Positions 1-10,832 of a DNA stretch of 64,000 nucleotides are shown here, in pieces; position 1 is the first letter of the stretch; each line of letters opens with the position of its first letter. Under the pieces are notes generated by a model, which saw only the letters and a program-made list of their open reading frames with translations, ran no database searches and was not told the DNA's origin. Source of the DNA: a virus (lineage: Duplodnaviria; Caudoviricetes); the IMG/VR virus record IMGVR_UViG_3300027874_000011, positions 8,121-72,120 of that record. One strand, given 5' to 3'. A program made the translations under genes and the position numbers.

Positions 1-933
1 AACCCTATCGGCCTCATCATCATCGCCCTGGTCGCCCTGGGCGCGTATCTGGTGTGGGCCTACAACAACGTGGACTGGTTCCGCGATGCGGTCAACAACC
101 TGTGGAAGGCGATGCAGGACTGGTGGGCCTGGTTCAGCACCGAGCTTATGCGCGAACTGCACGCCCTGGGCGACCTGTTCCAGCAACTCGGCACGTGGAT
201 CTCCGAGAACGGCGACACGATCAAGACGGTGATCGAGGCGCTCATGGGGCCACCCGGCCTGCTGCTCATCGCGTGGCAGCAGGACTGGGGCGGCATTCAG
301 GAGAAGGTCCAGGGCTTCGTGGACTGGTTCAAGACGGTGCCAGGCATGATCTCCAGCGCGGCGCAAGCGGTCGGCAACGCCTTCTCCACGATTGGCACGG
401 CCATCTCCAACGCGCTCAAGAACATCAACATCGACATCGGTCCGTTCCACTGGCGCGGCGGCACCTTCTCGTCGGACATCCCAGGCATCTCCGTCATCGG
501 GGACGCCTTCAGCGCTGGCGGGACGAAGGTGCACGAGGCGCTGGACACGCTCGGCCAGCAGAACGCCCAGGCCAACGCCAGTAGCTACAGCCTGGTCGGT
601 GAACTCGCGGGCGGGCCAACACCCGCCGAGGCGGGCCTCCAGATCATGCAGACGGGTGGCTGGTTGCGCGAGCCGATCATCGGTGTCGGCCCCTCGGGGA
701 CGCAGTACAGGCTGCACGCCAACGAGTACATCTCGCCGGCTGGCGCGCACGCCGAGAACGCGGCAGCGGCGCATGCGGGGCGCGGCGGCGGTGTGACGCT
801 CAACGTCTCGCCAGGAGCGGTGCAGATCAGTGGAGCCAACGGGCCTGCCCAGGATTGGGCGACGGCCGCAGACGCGCTGTGGGACGACCTGTACGCCAAG
901 CTGAGCCGCGCGCTCGATAACCGGGTGTCCTGA
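1..933 (+). CDS. Tape measure protein, C-terminal part (5' truncated by window edge)
   Basis: Frame 1 is open from base 1 (NPIGLIIIALVALGAYLVWAYNNVDWFRDAVNNLW), a typical tape-measure repeat. Trp-periodic amphipathic repeats; lies directly upstream of the LysM tail gene. Confidence 0.9.
   Translation, partial: NPIGLIIIALVALGAYLVWAYNNVDWFRDAVNNLWKAMQDWWAWFSTELMRELHALGDLFQQLGTWISENGDTIKTVIEALMGPPGLLLIAWQQDWGGIQEKVQGFVDWFKTVPGMISSAAQAVGNAFSTIGTAISNALKNINIDIGPFHWRGGTFSSDIPGISVIGDAFSAGGTKVHEALDTLGQQNAQANASSYSLVGELAGGPTPAEAGLQIMQTGGWLREPIIGVGPSGTQYRLHANEYISPAGAHAENAAAAHAGRGGGVTLNVSPGAVQISGANGPAQDWATAADALWDDLYAKLSRALDNRVS
916..929. promoter_or_regulatory. Degenerate copy of 14-bp palindrome (GATAACCGGGTGTC, 2 mismatches)
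   Basis: At the end of the tape measure gene; weaker than the other copies. Confidence 0.35.
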
Positions 934-1733
934 TGGTTGCCCAGGTCAAACTCGTCAACTACGCCGACCCGACCGACGAGTTGATCTTCCCGATCACCCC
1001 GTCCGAGCTACCCGAGACGGCCGACGCGAGTGCCAAGAGCTTCAACGTCATCGGCAAGGGCAGCTACTCGTTCCCTGACGGCAGGGCCGAGTACAAGCTG
1101 TCGATTGCGGGCTACTTCCCAGGCAAGGGCCGCTGGACGCCGTTCCCCGAGAAGAAGCTCGAAAACCTGCCGCACATCCACGACTGGCGGCACCCCGAGG
1201 AACTCACCTTCCAGCTACGCGAGTGGCTGAACAACAAGGCCAAGCTCAAGTACGTCGCGGACAGCAAGGCGGGCCTGATGCAGGTACCGGTGTTCTTGAG
1301 CAAGTACTCCTTCACCAAGAAGGGGCCGGCTGGCGACATCGTGTACCAGTTGGATTTCGTGGAGTGGCGCTCGCTGTCGGTGTTCATTGACGACGGTGGG
1401 CCGAGCGGCGGCGGCTCCAGCGGCGGCGGCAGCGATAGCTCACAGAGCGCGGGCGACGGAGACGCGGGCGAAGAAGACGCCAACCCGACGACCTACACCG
1501 TCCAGCCCGGCGACAACCTGACGTTCATCTCCAAGCGCTTCCTGGGCGACGGCGGGCGCTGGCCCGAGATCTACGACGCCAACCGCGACACCATCGGGGA
1601 CGACCCGAACATGATTTCGCCGGGCATGGAGCTTCTGATCCCAGGCGGCACGGTGGCCGAGCCGAATCTGGACGGCTACACCCCGATGGGGACTGACGCC
1701 ACGGTCGGTTCAGACGTGGGAGATGGAGGCTGA
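933..1733 (+). CDS. LysM-domain tail/baseplate protein (XkdP-like)
   Basis: C-terminal LysM (TYTVQPGDNLTFISKRFLGDGGRWPEIYDANR...ISPGMELLIP); position right after the tape measure gene as in PBSX-type tails. Confidence 0.9.
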   Translation: MVAQVKLVNYADPTDELIFPITPSELPETADASAKSFNVIGKGSYSFPDGRAEYKLSIAGYFPGKGRWTPFPEKKLENLPHIHDWRHPEELTFQLREWLNNKAKLKYVADSKAGLMQVPVFLSKYSFTKKGPAGDIVYQLDFVEWRSLSVFIDDGGPSGGGSSGGGSDSSQSAGDGDAGEEDANPTTYTVQPGDNLTFISKRFLGDGGRWPEIYDANRDTIGDDPNMISPGMELLIPGGTVAEPNLDGYTPMGTDATVGSDVGDGG

Positions 1734-3826
1734 TGGCCCAGGTACCGCCCGACCTCGACACGCTCGAACTCACCTCCGAGGGTGGCCTCACCGACACCGG
1801 CGACCCGATCCAGATCGAGGCCAATCTCCCCGCGCAGAGCGGCGATGCCATCGTCCCGACGCCAGCGGACTGGGCGAGCATGGCGTACGCGGTGCATGCC
1901 GACTTCGGCGGCGACGTGGGCGGCGGCAAGATCCCTGTCTCGGCGCTGTCGTGGGAGGAGCAGTCGGGCGAGCTTGCCACGCGCATCACCCTCCAGTTCC
2001 CCGACTACCCGATGGACGGCGGGCAGCGACTGTCGAAGCTCATCCAGCTTGGCACGCCGCTGACAGTGCTCGCGGCGATGGGTAGCTCGCCGTTCCAAGA
2101 GGTCGCGCGCGGCATTGTGGAGGAGATCGCGCCCAACGACGGCACCGGCGGCACGTTCGAGGTGGTCGCCTACGACCCGATCAAGGCCACGCTCGACTCC
2201 AAGGTGGATCGCTTCTACGAGTGGGGCAAGACGCCCAAGGATGTGATCCAAGACATCCTGGGCAGCGGCAGCGGCACGCCAGACGACCCGGACGGTGGTT
2301 GGAACGTGCCGTTCGGCCGACTCGACCCGATGCTCGATACGCCCTTCAGCGGGCCGTACACGGTCAAGGCGCAGACCATCGCGGCGGTGCTGGCCGATTG
2401 CGTCAATCAGGCCATGACGCTGGCGGGCACCGACAACAACAACCGCCTGGTGATCCGCAGCACCCTGGGCATGATCGAGATCACCCAACCGGGTGGCAAC
2501 AACCCGGTCTACTGGCTGCGCGAGGACGCCGGTCAGGATGTCTCCAGCGTCAGGGAGCACATCTCGATCACCGACATGGTGACCCGCGTCCGCGTGACGG
2601 GCAAGAGTGTCGCGGACGCCGCGCCTGGGCTGGTCGGCATCCTCGACTCATCACAGGCCAACTACGGCATCACGCGCCAGGAGATCATCACCCTGACGAC
2701 GCACACGAGCATCGAGGAGGTCGAGAAGCAGGCGCGCCAGATGCTCAACCAGAAGGGTTCGCCCAAGCACGACCGTGCGATTGAGGCTCCCGACGTGCCG
2801 ATGCTGCGCAAGTACGACATCGTGCGCGTGACGGCGGGCACGATGGACGACCACTTCTACGTCGAGTCGGTGACCCACGACGAGGCTTCGCGCAAGATGT
2901 CGCTGACGCTCTCGACGCTGCGCTCCGACACGACCAGTGGCGACTCGGGTGTGTGGCACGACGTGCACGAGGACGCCATTCCTGAAGACAGCACCACGGG
3001 CACCTCGGCGGGTGGCTCGACCGTGCTGGTGACGGGTGGCCGCGTAACCGACGCCCAGTTGTACGCGCTGGCGCGCAACGCGGGCTTCACCGGCCAGGAC
3101 GCGATCATGGCCGTGGCGATCTCGCTGGCCGAGGACGGGACTTCTGATCCGCAGGCGCGCAACTTCAACCCAGGTCCGCCGCCGACGACCGACCTGGGCC
3201 TGTGGCAGATCAACTCGATCCACTGGGGTCAGGGCGGCATCGGCAGCGAGGGCGATCTGGTCGATCCACAAAAGAACGCCAACGCCGCGCACATCATTTG
3301 GGCCGAAGCCGCCAGTCGCGGACTCAACGGCTGGCAACCCTGGAGCACGTATCCCAACGCCTACAAGAAGTACATGGACCGCGCGACGGCCGCGTCTCAG
3401 GCTCCCGCCCAGGCCGCGCCGACGACCCAGGCGGCGGTGACCGGCGCGAAGGCCGCGCCCAACAGCGCGCTCATCAACGCCATGAACCAGTGGGTCAACG
3501 TGCCGTACGTCTATGGCGGCAACAGCAAGGCGGGTGCCGACTGCTCGTACTTCACCCAACAGGTCTACAAGAGCGTCGGCGTCAACCTGCCCAGGACGGC
3601 CCAGGCTCAGTGGGATGCCACGACCCATGTCAGCACACCGCAGTTCGGGGATCTGTGCTTCTTCCAGAACACCTACCCGGGCGCACCACCAGGCGTCTCG
3701 CACGTGGGCATCTACGTCGGCAACGGCCAGATGGCGAACGAGATCGAGCCGCATACCAAGCTGACCAACATCAACACCCAGGAGTGGAAGTCCAAGTTGG
3801 TCGGGTTCGGGAGGCCGCATAACTGA
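1733..3826 (+). CDS. Baseplate hub (XkdQ/gpD-like) fused to lysozyme-like transglycosylase and NlpC/P60 peptidase
   Basis: N-terminal late-control/hub region. Middle segment [10 protein letters not shown]...TDLGLWQIN...NANAA...WQPWSTY is lysozyme-like. C-terminal PYVYGG...ADCSYF...LPRTAQAQ...HVGIYVGNG is NlpC/P60 with Cys/His. Confidence 0.88.
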   Translation: MAQVPPDLDTLELTSEGGLTDTGDPIQIEANLPAQSGDAIVPTPADWASMAYAVHADFGGDVGGGKIPVSALSWEEQSGELATRITLQFPDYPMDGGQRLSKLIQLGTPLTVLAAMGSSPFQEVARGIVEEIAPNDGTGGTFEVVAYDPIKATLDSKVDRFYEWGKTPKDVIQDILGSGSGTPDDPDGGWNVPFGRLDPMLDTPFSGPYTVKAQTIAAVLADCVNQAMTLAGTDNNNRLVIRSTLGMIEITQPGGNNPVYWLREDAGQDVSSVREHISITDMVTRVRVTGKSVADAAPGLVGILDSSQANYGITRQEIITLTTHTSIEEVEKQARQMLNQKGSPKHDRAIEAPDVPMLRKYDIVRVTAGTMDDHFYVESVTHDEASRKMSLTLSTLRSDTTSGDSGVWHDVHEDAIPEDSTTGTSAGGSTVLVTGGRVTDAQLYALARNAGFTGQDAIMAVAISLAEDGTSDPQARNFNPGPPPTTDLGLWQINSIHWGQGGIGSEGDLVDPQKNANAAHIIWAEAASRGLNGWQPWSTYPNAYKKYMDRATAASQAPAQAAPTTQAAVTGAKAAPNSALINAMNQWVNVPYVYGGNSKAGADCSYFTQQVYKSVGVNLPRTAQAQWDATTHVSTPQFGDLCFFQNTYPGAPPGVSHVGIYVGNGQMANEIEPHTKLTNINTQEWKSKLVGFGRPHN

Positions 3827-5445
3827 TGCCTGGTGGACGTGGCGGGCTGGTCGGCACCGGTGCCTCGGGCATCGCGGATTTGCTGCTGTCGATCCAGCCC
3901 GAGCAGCACCATCCGCCCGAGTACGCCTCGATGGTGGACGACCAGGGCATCCTGAAGCTCACCCCCGACTCGATGCCCAACGTCAAGTTCCCGCCTGGGG
4001 ATAGCTCGCCAGGTGGCTACTCGGTGCTGCAGTACCTGAATCTGGAGCCTGAATACAACACGGCCACGGCACTCACGGGCGTGACCATCCAGGGCACGCT
4101 GGTCGAGCACTACCACCAGATCCCTGGGACGGCGCTCAAGGACGGCGACCGCGTGGTCATCATGTGGACAGGCTTGTCTGCGGTGGTCATCGGCGTGATC
4201 GTGCCGAGGCCGCTCGACGGCAGTGGATCAGACCCTGGCGGTGGCGGCGGCGGCGGGGGTGGTGGTAGCCAGGGACCAGCGGGTCCGCCAGGTCCAGCCG
4301 GGCCTGCCGGACCACCAGGGCCAGCGGGGTCACCAGGCGCGCCAGGAGCCAACGGTCAGCCAGGTCCACAGGGGCCGCAGGGTGTGGCCGGGCAGCAGGG
4401 TGCCGCAGGGCCGAGCGGTGCGACCGGTGCGCAAGGGGCTGCTGGCAGCACGGGACCAGCGGGTCCGCAAGGTCCGACCGGGGCGGCTGGACCCCAGGGG
4501 CCTGCTGGACTAGGTGTCAACATGAAGGGCACCGTCGCGAGTCAGGCGAACCTGCCTGCCTCGGGCAATACGGTCAACGACGCCTGGGTCACCAACGACA
4601 CCGGCTACATGTGGGTGTGGAACGGCTCCACATGGGTCAATTCAGGCTCAGCACGTGGTCCAGCAGGCCCCACGGGTCCGCAAGGTGCCAACGGTCCGAC
4701 CGGTCCGACAGGGCCTGCAGGGGCCACCGGAGCGCAAGGCGTGGCTGGTCCATCCGGACCCCCAGGTGCCACGGGCGCGGTCGGTCCAGCGGGTTCGACC
4801 GGCCCCACTGGGGCCACAGGAGCCACGGGTGCGACCGGCCCGACTGGGGCTGCGGGCGCGACTGGTCCAGCGGGTGCTCCGGGCGGGTCAGCCATCCACG
4901 AGGAGTTCCTACCGCCCAACGCTGGCACGACGGTGATCGTCAGCCAGCTACCGTCTGCCGTCATCTACGTCTCGCGCAACGGCGTGGTGCAGTCCGTTAC
5001 GGACGGCCACTACTCGCTCACCAACCAGACCTTCACCTTCACGACGGCCTTCGATGGCACCGAGCGCGTCTCGGTTGGCTATACGGTGGGCGGTATCGGG
5101 GGGCAGGGTCCGCCAGGTCCGACAGCGGGCATGCACGAGGAGTTCCTACCCGCGAACGGGGCGCTGACGATAGGACTGGCGAACCCGGTCACGCTCATCA
5201 TGACCGTGGCGCGCTCAGGCATCATCCAGTCCCAGGCGGATGGCAACTACTCGCTGTCGGGCCAGACGCTGACGTTCTCGGACGCCTTCGACGGTACCGA
5301 GCGCGTGGTGGTCGCGTACATCTCGAACACCTATGTGCCGCCCTCGTCGGTCGCGGGTGCCATCGACACCAATCTGCGGGCGTACATCATCCAACTCATG
5401 GGCACGGCCGACCCGAACGGTCCGCCACCGGTGGCGGGACCATGA
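3826..5445 (+). CDS. Baseplate spike-like (XkdR-like) N-terminus fused to collagen-like repeats and a tandem-duplicated C-terminal domain
   Basis: [11 protein letters not shown]...VVIGVI end-of-OB-fold motif, then a poly-Gly linker, two (Gly-X-Y)n blocks and two ~70-aa repeats HEEFLP.N...[17 protein letters not shown]. Confidence 0.75.
   Translation: MPGGRGGLVGTGASGIADLLLSIQPEQHHPPEYASMVDDQGILKLTPDSMPNVKFPPGDSSPGGYSVLQYLNLEPEYNTATALTGVTIQGTLVEHYHQIPGTALKDGDRVVIMWTGLSAVVIGVIVPRPLDGSGSDPGGGGGGGGGGSQGPAGPPGPAGPAGPPGPAGSPGAPGANGQPGPQGPQGVAGQQGAAGPSGATGAQGAAGSTGPAGPQGPTGAAGPQGPAGLGVNMKGTVASQANLPASGNTVNDAWVTNDTGYMWVWNGSTWVNSGSARGPAGPTGPQGANGPTGPTGPAGATGAQGVAGPSGPPGATGAVGPAGSTGPTGATGATGATGPTGAAGATGPAGAPGGSAIHEEFLPPNAGTTVIVSQLPSAVIYVSRNGVVQSVTDGHYSLTNQTFTFTTAFDGTERVSVGYTVGGIGGQGPPGPTAGMHEEFLPANGALTIGLANPVTLIMTVARSGIIQSQADGNYSLSGQTLTFSDAFDGTERVVVAYISNTYVPPSSVAGAIDTNLRAYIIQLMGTADPNGPPPVAGP
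4273..4884 (+). repeat. Coding collagen-like Gly-X-Y repeats (two blocks with a short non-collagen spacer)
   Basis: [16 protein letters not shown]... and [13 protein letters not shown]... visible in the translation. Confidence 0.95.
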
Positions 5446-7106
5446 GCCGCCAGCAAGTCCCCACGGCGATGCTGCTGAACCTGGGCGTGACCTCGCCCAA
5501 GCTGGCGACCAGCCTGACGGTGACTAGCACCTTGTCAGTGAATGGTCAATTGGGCGTTGGCGGTGGCCCTGGGGCGGGTGCTTCGCTCTACTTCAGCGGC
5601 ACACCCGCCGGTCACGTCATCTACAGCGCCGCGCAGCCCAACCCTGGTGGCAACAACTGGGAGGTCGATGCACTGGGGATCTACGGCGTGCCGGTCAACA
5701 CGGCCAGCTACACCGGTCTGGACTACCGCTCGGTGTATGTCGCGCCCATCGCTGTGCCATCGGGCTACGCCTACAACTACGGCGTCTACATCGGCGCACC
5801 AACGGGCGGCTCGACCTCGAACATCGGCCTCTACAACGGCGGTACGACCCAACTCCAGGGCAGCATCGGCGTCGCCATCGCGCCTGTTCCTGATCGCATG
5901 CTCGTCATCTCGGGCACCACGACCACTCAGGCCACCCAGGTCGGCATCAACGTGCAGGCCACGTGCAACTCGGCCGCAACGTCTATCGGCATCGGGGTCG
6001 CGGCGATGGTCACCACGGCAGCGGCAAGCTTCACGATGTCCCAGGGGATGGCGTTCTACGTCAACCCGCCAACGCTCGGCTCGGGGTCAGCCATCACCAA
6101 CTCCTACGGCCTGTACGTCAACAACATGGGCAAGGCGGGTGTGACCAACGCCTACGGCATCATGGTGTTGGCGCAATCCGGAGCTTCGTCCGCCAACATC
6201 GGCATCTACAACCAGGGGCACAGCGTCACGGTTGGGTCGGTGTTCTGTGACGGCAGTGGGGCCAACAACGGGGCGGGCGGCTCGAACGTCAACTCGGGGA
6301 CGCAGAATGGGATCTTTTTCGGCGGCAGCGTCAACCAGACGGGTGAGTACATCGCCTCCAACCGTGCAGGTACCACCAACCAGTACGGGTTGGACTTCTT
6401 CACGGGGTGGGCGCGGCGCGTGTACATCACCAACGCGGGCAACCTGACCCTGGCGTCTGGCATGCAACTCCAGAGCGTCGATCAGGACGGTGTGGTGCGC
6501 ACGCTGATCGGACCGACTGGCGACAACGGGCACCAGATCAATAGCGGGCCGGCGGGTGTGATCTTCGCGAATGCGGCGAACAATGTGCGCACTGGCCTTC
6601 TGACTGACGGTGGCAACTTCTCGATCAACGGTGACTTCCAGTTTACCGACACCAATCACTACCTGACGCCGGTCAGCGGCAACCACACGCGCTACGCCAT
6701 CGGGCCAGGTGGTTACCTCCACTCGTTCGAGATCGCGGCGGCGAGCCACGGCAGCGGCGGGTTGGCGCTCACCCAGGCCGCAGCGTTCAACGTTGGTTCG
6801 GCGCGCGCGCTCAAGGACAACATCCGCCAGATCGAAGACCCGATCTCACTGGTCACCGACGAGAGGCTGCACGGCGTGCGCTTCGACTGGAGGGACGACG
6901 GCAGACCGGGCATCGGTTTCGTCGCGGACGACTGGCTGGAGAAAGTCCCCGAGCTTGTGCACGTCAACGACGGTGAGATGGCCGAGTATGCGCCGATGTC
7001 GATGGACTACGGCGCGCTCGGCGCGATTACCTTCCAGGCACTCAAGGCGTATATCCAGCGCACCGAGGCGCGGATAGCCGAACTGGAGGCGAAGCTGGCG
7101 GGATGA
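5442..7106 (+). CDS. Tail fibre 1 with C-terminal intramolecular chaperone (peptidase S74-like)
   Basis: ATG at 5442 (ATGA overlap with the previous stop). C-terminus SARALKDNI...LHGVRFDW...GIGFVA...VPELV...MDYGAL...ELEAKL is the S74/CIMCD pattern. Confidence 0.85.
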   Translation: MSRQQVPTAMLLNLGVTSPKLATSLTVTSTLSVNGQLGVGGGPGAGASLYFSGTPAGHVIYSAAQPNPGGNNWEVDALGIYGVPVNTASYTGLDYRSVYVAPIAVPSGYAYNYGVYIGAPTGGSTSNIGLYNGGTTQLQGSIGVAIAPVPDRMLVISGTTTTQATQVGINVQATCNSAATSIGIGVAAMVTTAAASFTMSQGMAFYVNPPTLGSGSAITNSYGLYVNNMGKAGVTNAYGIMVLAQSGASSANIGIYNQGHSVTVGSVFCDGSGANNGAGGSNVNSGTQNGIFFGGSVNQTGEYIASNRAGTTNQYGLDFFTGWARRVYITNAGNLTLASGMQLQSVDQDGVVRTLIGPTGDNGHQINSGPAGVIFANAANNVRTGLLTDGGNFSINGDFQFTDTNHYLTPVSGNHTRYAIGPGGYLHSFEIAAASHGSGGLALTQAAAFNVGSARALKDNIRQIEDPISLVTDERLHGVRFDWRDDGRPGIGFVADDWLEKVPELVHVNDGEMAEYAPMSMDYGALGAITFQALKAYIQRTEARIAELEAKLAG

Positions 7107-8224
7107 GCGTCCAAGTCGTCCCGACCAACTCGCTCAAAGACCTGGGCGTGACCTCGCCCAAGCTCGCCGCCAGCGTTGGCGTCACGGGCAATCTGAGTGC
7201 TGGTGGCGACGTGGTGATCGGCGGCAACTACCGCTTCGGTGCGGCTAACAGTCCCGAGACGATCTGCAAGAGCGCGACTGGCATTCTGCGGGTGACGGCT
7301 GGAATGCAGATCGACAGCACGGTTGGTGTCGGTACTCCTCCCGCCAACAACGTCGGCGTCTACATCACGGGCAACCTGAACTTCCAGCAGACGGGGCAAT
7401 ACGGGATCTTCTGTAACCCGACGATTACCACGGCGGCGACGGCGGGTGCCTACGGGATTTACACGTCGCTAGTGACGGCGAACAACCTCGCGACGAGTGG
7501 GTTGAACACGATTGCCGCAGGGCCTCCGACTCTCGGCTCTGGTACCAGCGCGACCAACATCAACGGTCTGTACGTCGCCAATCAGGGTGCAGCGGGCGTC
7601 ACCAACGCTTATGGCGTCTATGTCGTGTCGCAGGCTGGTGCGAGCGGCGTGAACTTCGGCATGTACGTCAACTACACCAGCGCGTTGACGGGCGGGCCGT
7701 ACGCACCTGGCAGCGCGGTCTTCAACAACACTTCGACGGGCAACGGTACGGCCAGCCTCATCACCATCAGTTGTGGCGGCTACAACCAGTGGGGTGTCGG
7801 CTTCGGCACGATCTATGGCCTTTGGTGGCACGCTTTCATTGCCAGCAGCCAGATCCAGTGGGGCTTCGACGGTTCTCGCCTGCGATTGGCGAGCGACACG
7901 GGTTGGAACGCACTGACCTTCCAGAATGGCTGGACGAACTACTCGTCCCCGTATGGACCCGCTGGCTATCGCAAGATGCCTGACGGGATCGTCCTTCTCC
8001 GTGGCCTCGTCCAGGGCGGCACCGCCGGGGTGATCTGTACGTTGCCAGCCGGGTTCCGGCCGGCTCAGACGCAGCTTGTGGTGGCAGCGATAAACGGTCC
8101 CGGTGTCTTGCGTCTTGACGTTACGTCCGCCGGAAATGTCCAGACGATGGAACTGCTCTCGGGCGTCAACAGCATGACTGGTTGGATCTCGCTCAACAAC
8201 ATCGCGTTCCTGGCAGAAGGATGA
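7103..8224 (+). CDS. Tail fibre/receptor-binding protein 2
   Basis: N-terminus paralogous to fibre 1 (LGVTSPKLA). C-terminal TGWNALTFQNGW...YRKMPDGIVLLRGLV...CTLPAGFRP is a common phage minor-tail domain. Confidence 0.8.
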   Translation: MSVQVVPTNSLKDLGVTSPKLAASVGVTGNLSAGGDVVIGGNYRFGAANSPETICKSATGILRVTAGMQIDSTVGVGTPPANNVGVYITGNLNFQQTGQYGIFCNPTITTAATAGAYGIYTSLVTANNLATSGLNTIAAGPPTLGSGTSATNINGLYVANQGAAGVTNAYGVYVVSQAGASGVNFGMYVNYTSALTGGPYAPGSAVFNNTSTGNGTASLITISCGGYNQWGVGFGTIYGLWWHAFIASSQIQWGFDGSRLRLASDTGWNALTFQNGWTNYSSPYGPAGYRKMPDGIVLLRGLVQGGTAGVICTLPAGFRPAQTQLVVAAINGPGVLRLDVTSAGNVQTMELLSGVNSMTGWISLNNIAFLAEG

Positions 8225-9585
8225 TGGACGTAGCTGCGCCCTACGAGGTCGAGGTCCAGCCCCAGGTAGCGGTATCGCTCAACACCGTCACGTCGCTGCC
8301 GCCATCCAGCCCCAAGGCGTTCCAACTCAGCGGCGACGGAGTGTTCAACGGCAACCTGGGTGTGACCGGGCCGCAAATGGTCATCGGCACCAGTGGTGTC
8401 ACGACAGGCTATGGCCTGTACGTCAGGCCGTCGCTCACGGGTGCGGCTTTCCAGATCGGCGTCAACTCCTCGCCGGTGGTGGACGCCACGGCCACGTCCT
8501 GGGGAGCAGGCGTGTACGGGGGTGTCAGGACGGCGGCGGCGAGCTTCACCCTTAGCTCGGGCTTCGCTTTGGCAGCAGCCTCACCGTCGCTCGGCGCTGG
8601 CTCCTCGATCACCTCGATGTACGGCCTGTACATCTACAACCAGGGCGCGACAGGAGTCGCCAACGCCTACGGCGTCATGATCGCCAGCCAGTCGGGTGCG
8701 ACCACGACCAACATGGGCCTGTGGAACCAGGGCACCACGCGCCTGGATGGTCAGGTCAACGTCAACGGCATGACCCAGTTCAGCCAGCCGGTCAGCATCG
8801 GCAACCAGGCCGCAGTCCAGACGGTTGGCCTGAACATGGTGGTCAACCTGCAGGGCCAGGGCGTCAGCGGCGTCGGTGCGGATCAGGTCTGCCAGAAGAT
8901 CGTCGGCGTGTTCTCGTCGGTGGCGACCTCGGGCATGGGTCTGTACTTCCAGCCTACCTCGGGCAACAGCAACACCTTCTCCAGCATTTGGGCTTTCTAC
9001 ATCGACGGCTCGAACCTGGGCACCAGTCCCGTCACCAACTACTACGGGCTGTATGTCAGGAACCAGGCGCGGTCGCAGACCACCAACACCTACGGGATCT
9101 ACATCGAGAACCAGTCAGGCTCACCGACGACCAACCTGGGCCTCTACAACGGCGGCACAACCCTACTGATGGGGGCGGTCGGGGTCGCCATCGCGCCAGT
9201 GGCGGGCCTCACTGCACCAGCCCCCATCGCTATTCCCAACGGACTTGCGCTGGACAACAGCAACGGTCAATCGCAGGCTGGTCAGCTACTCGCTCCGGGC
9301 GCAACGTGGACGGCTGTTCCGAGCAACTTCTCGGGCCTGGTCGTCGTGGACGAGACAATCGCACTCGGCTACACAGCGATGTTCTTGATGGGTGCTGGAG
9401 CGTCCACGCTGGTAGGCCAGAACCCGAGCAACGCCACCCAGTGGTCCGCCACGCAAGGGCATGCCGGGTCGATCAACATCTACTTTGGTGCTCCTGCAAA
9501 TGGCTACCCGGTGATGGTCGAAAATCAGTTGGGTAGCAACGTCCGCGTCAGCTTGATGGCTTTCAGATTGAGGTATTCGGCCTAA
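8221..9585 (+). CDS. Tail fibre/receptor-binding protein 3
   Basis: ATG at 8221 overlapping the previous stop; shares the TAAASFT...GV.NAYG...QSGA...N.GLYNGGTT module with fibres 1 and 2. Confidence 0.75.
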   Translation: MMDVAAPYEVEVQPQVAVSLNTVTSLPPSSPKAFQLSGDGVFNGNLGVTGPQMVIGTSGVTTGYGLYVRPSLTGAAFQIGVNSSPVVDATATSWGAGVYGGVRTAAASFTLSSGFALAAASPSLGAGSSITSMYGLYIYNQGATGVANAYGVMIASQSGATTTNMGLWNQGTTRLDGQVNVNGMTQFSQPVSIGNQAAVQTVGLNMVVNLQGQGVSGVGADQVCQKIVGVFSSVATSGMGLYFQPTSGNSNTFSSIWAFYIDGSNLGTSPVTNYYGLYVRNQARSQTTNTYGIYIENQSGSPTTNLGLYNGGTTLLMGAVGVAIAPVAGLTAPAPIAIPNGLALDNSNGQSQAGQLLAPGATWTAVPSNFSGLVVVDETIALGYTAMFLMGAGASTLVGQNPSNATQWSATQGHAGSINIYFGAPANGYPVMVENQLGSNVRVSLMAFRLRYSA

Positions 9586-9950
9586 TGGCGAACTACACGA
9601 TCAGCGCGACCGACGATGAGGATGCCGCCATGCGATGGGCGACCACCGAGTACAACACGGGCAACCCGGACCAGGCCGACCTGGGCGTCGAGCAGTTCGT
9701 GCAGCAGGCCGTGCAGATGCTGTTCGAGGGCTACGCCAGGTCGTACCAGCAGAGCCAGAGCCAGTTCACCGCCGAAGATCTCGAAGCGGCGTACCGTTCG
9801 GCCGACGCCGACATTCAGCAGGGCGCGCTGGCGCTGGCCTTCAATACCGTCACTCCTGAGATCCGCAACCAACTGGCGCACATGCTCAAGGCCGAGGTCG
9901 GGGCGGGCGTAGCCGCCAGACCACCACTTCCAGATGAGGTCAAGTACTGA
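9585..9950 (+). CDS. Small hypothetical protein, possible fibre assembly factor
   Basis: Translationally coupled ORF directly after the fibre genes. Confidence 0.65.
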   Translation: MANYTISATDDEDAAMRWATTEYNTGNPDQADLGVEQFVQQAVQMLFEGYARSYQQSQSQFTAEDLEAAYRSADADIQQGALALAFNTVTPEIRNQLAHMLKAEVGAGVAARPPLPDEVKY

Positions 9951-10351
9951 TGAAACGCATCCCGATGCGCACCATCCACGACGAGCACTTCCCGCCCGGC
10001 ACACCCGAGTTCGCGCAGAGCGTCATGGTGTGGGCCGACGTGATCCGCCAGGTCATCCGCCGGCCGATGGACCCATCCAAGGGCGCGGACATCGAGGAGA
10101 TGCGGCGCGGCATCCGCGTGCTTGACGCGGTGGACAGGGCCGGCCAGTACCTCGAACTCGAAGACGCCGACTACGAGCACCTCAAGGAGAAGACCAAGCT
10201 CATGCAGTGGGCCTTCGTGGACCGTCGCCTGGTGACGTTCATTGACGACGTGAACAACGCCACCGAGGAGATCCCCGAGTCACCCAACGGCCACCCTGCC
10301 ATTCTGGACACGGCGGCTCCTGGCTGGCCTGACGTGAGCACGGTCCGATAA
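9950..10351 (+). CDS. Hypothetical protein, possible fibre assembly chaperone
   Basis: Coupled ORF; the helical LELEDADYEHLKEK motif resembles small proteins that follow phage fibres. Confidence 0.65.
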   Translation: MKRIPMRTIHDEHFPPGTPEFAQSVMVWADVIRQVIRRPMDPSKGADIEEMRRGIRVLDAVDRAGQYLELEDADYEHLKEKTKLMQWAFVDRRLVTFIDDVNNATEEIPESPNGHPAILDTAAPGWPDVSTVR

Positions 10352-10361
10352 CCGGTTATCG
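10346..10361. promoter_or_regulatory. Palindromic operator-like site CGATAACCGGTTATCG
   Basis: Perfect 16-bp palindrome overlapping a stop codon, 3 bp before the gp25-like start. Confidence 0.75.
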
Positions 10362-10364
10362 CTA

Positions 10365-10832
10365 GTGCCCAACCTGTACGCCCCGACCTACCCGCCGACG
10401 TGGACCGTGCCAGATCCGGTCCTGCAGCGCATGACGCCCGCGCCGACGACCATCCGTGCGGTGACGTACTCGTTCAACCCGATCTTCCGCGACTTTCAGG
10501 TGGACGGCACTGGCGACGTGCCACTCACCGACGCGGGCGCAGCGGCGGTCCAGTGGGCGGCGAAGGCCGTCTCGACGCAGCGCGGGGCGCACCTGATCTA
10601 CGGACGGACGTTCGGCGCTGACATTCGGACGTGCCTGCTGGCCGGCTCGCACCAGGCAACCGAGAACGCGCTCACCGTCGAGATGCGCCGCGCCGTCAAG
10701 CGTGACAACCGCATCTCCGACCTGACGGACTTCCAATTCGCCTGGCAGCAGACGATGCTAGAGGTCGCCTACCGCGTGGTGCTCACGGACGGCCGCTCCA
10801 AGCAGACCCAACTGGACATCCCACTGCAATGA
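10365..10832 (+). CDS. Baseplate wedge gp25-like (XkdS/DUF2634-like)
   Basis: DFQVDGTG...QWAAKAVSTQRGAHLIYG..FG...RRAVKRDNRI pattern; precedes baseplate J. Confidence 0.85.
   Translation: MPNLYAPTYPPTWTVPDPVLQRMTPAPTTIRAVTYSFNPIFRDFQVDGTGDVPLTDAGAAAVQWAAKAVSTQRGAHLIYGRTFGADIRTCLLAGSHQATENALTVEMRRAVKRDNRISDLTDFQFAWQQTMLEVAYRVVLTDGRSKQTQLDIPLQ

Noticed and set aside
4273-4884. CRISPR-like or VNTR array
   Set aside because: These are degenerate 9-bp-period coding collagen repeats with no repeat-spacer structure; no CRISPR array was seen anywhere.
4611-5441. N-terminal extension of the 4611-7106 ORF
   Set aside because: Overlaps the collagen gene out of frame; the real start is ATG 5442, with an ATGA overlap and paralogy to fibre 2.
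5442-9585. Invertible shufflon (Gin/Cin-type) for fibre switching
   Set aside because: All cassettes are on the same strand, each with its own start; no invertase or inverted crossover sites seen.
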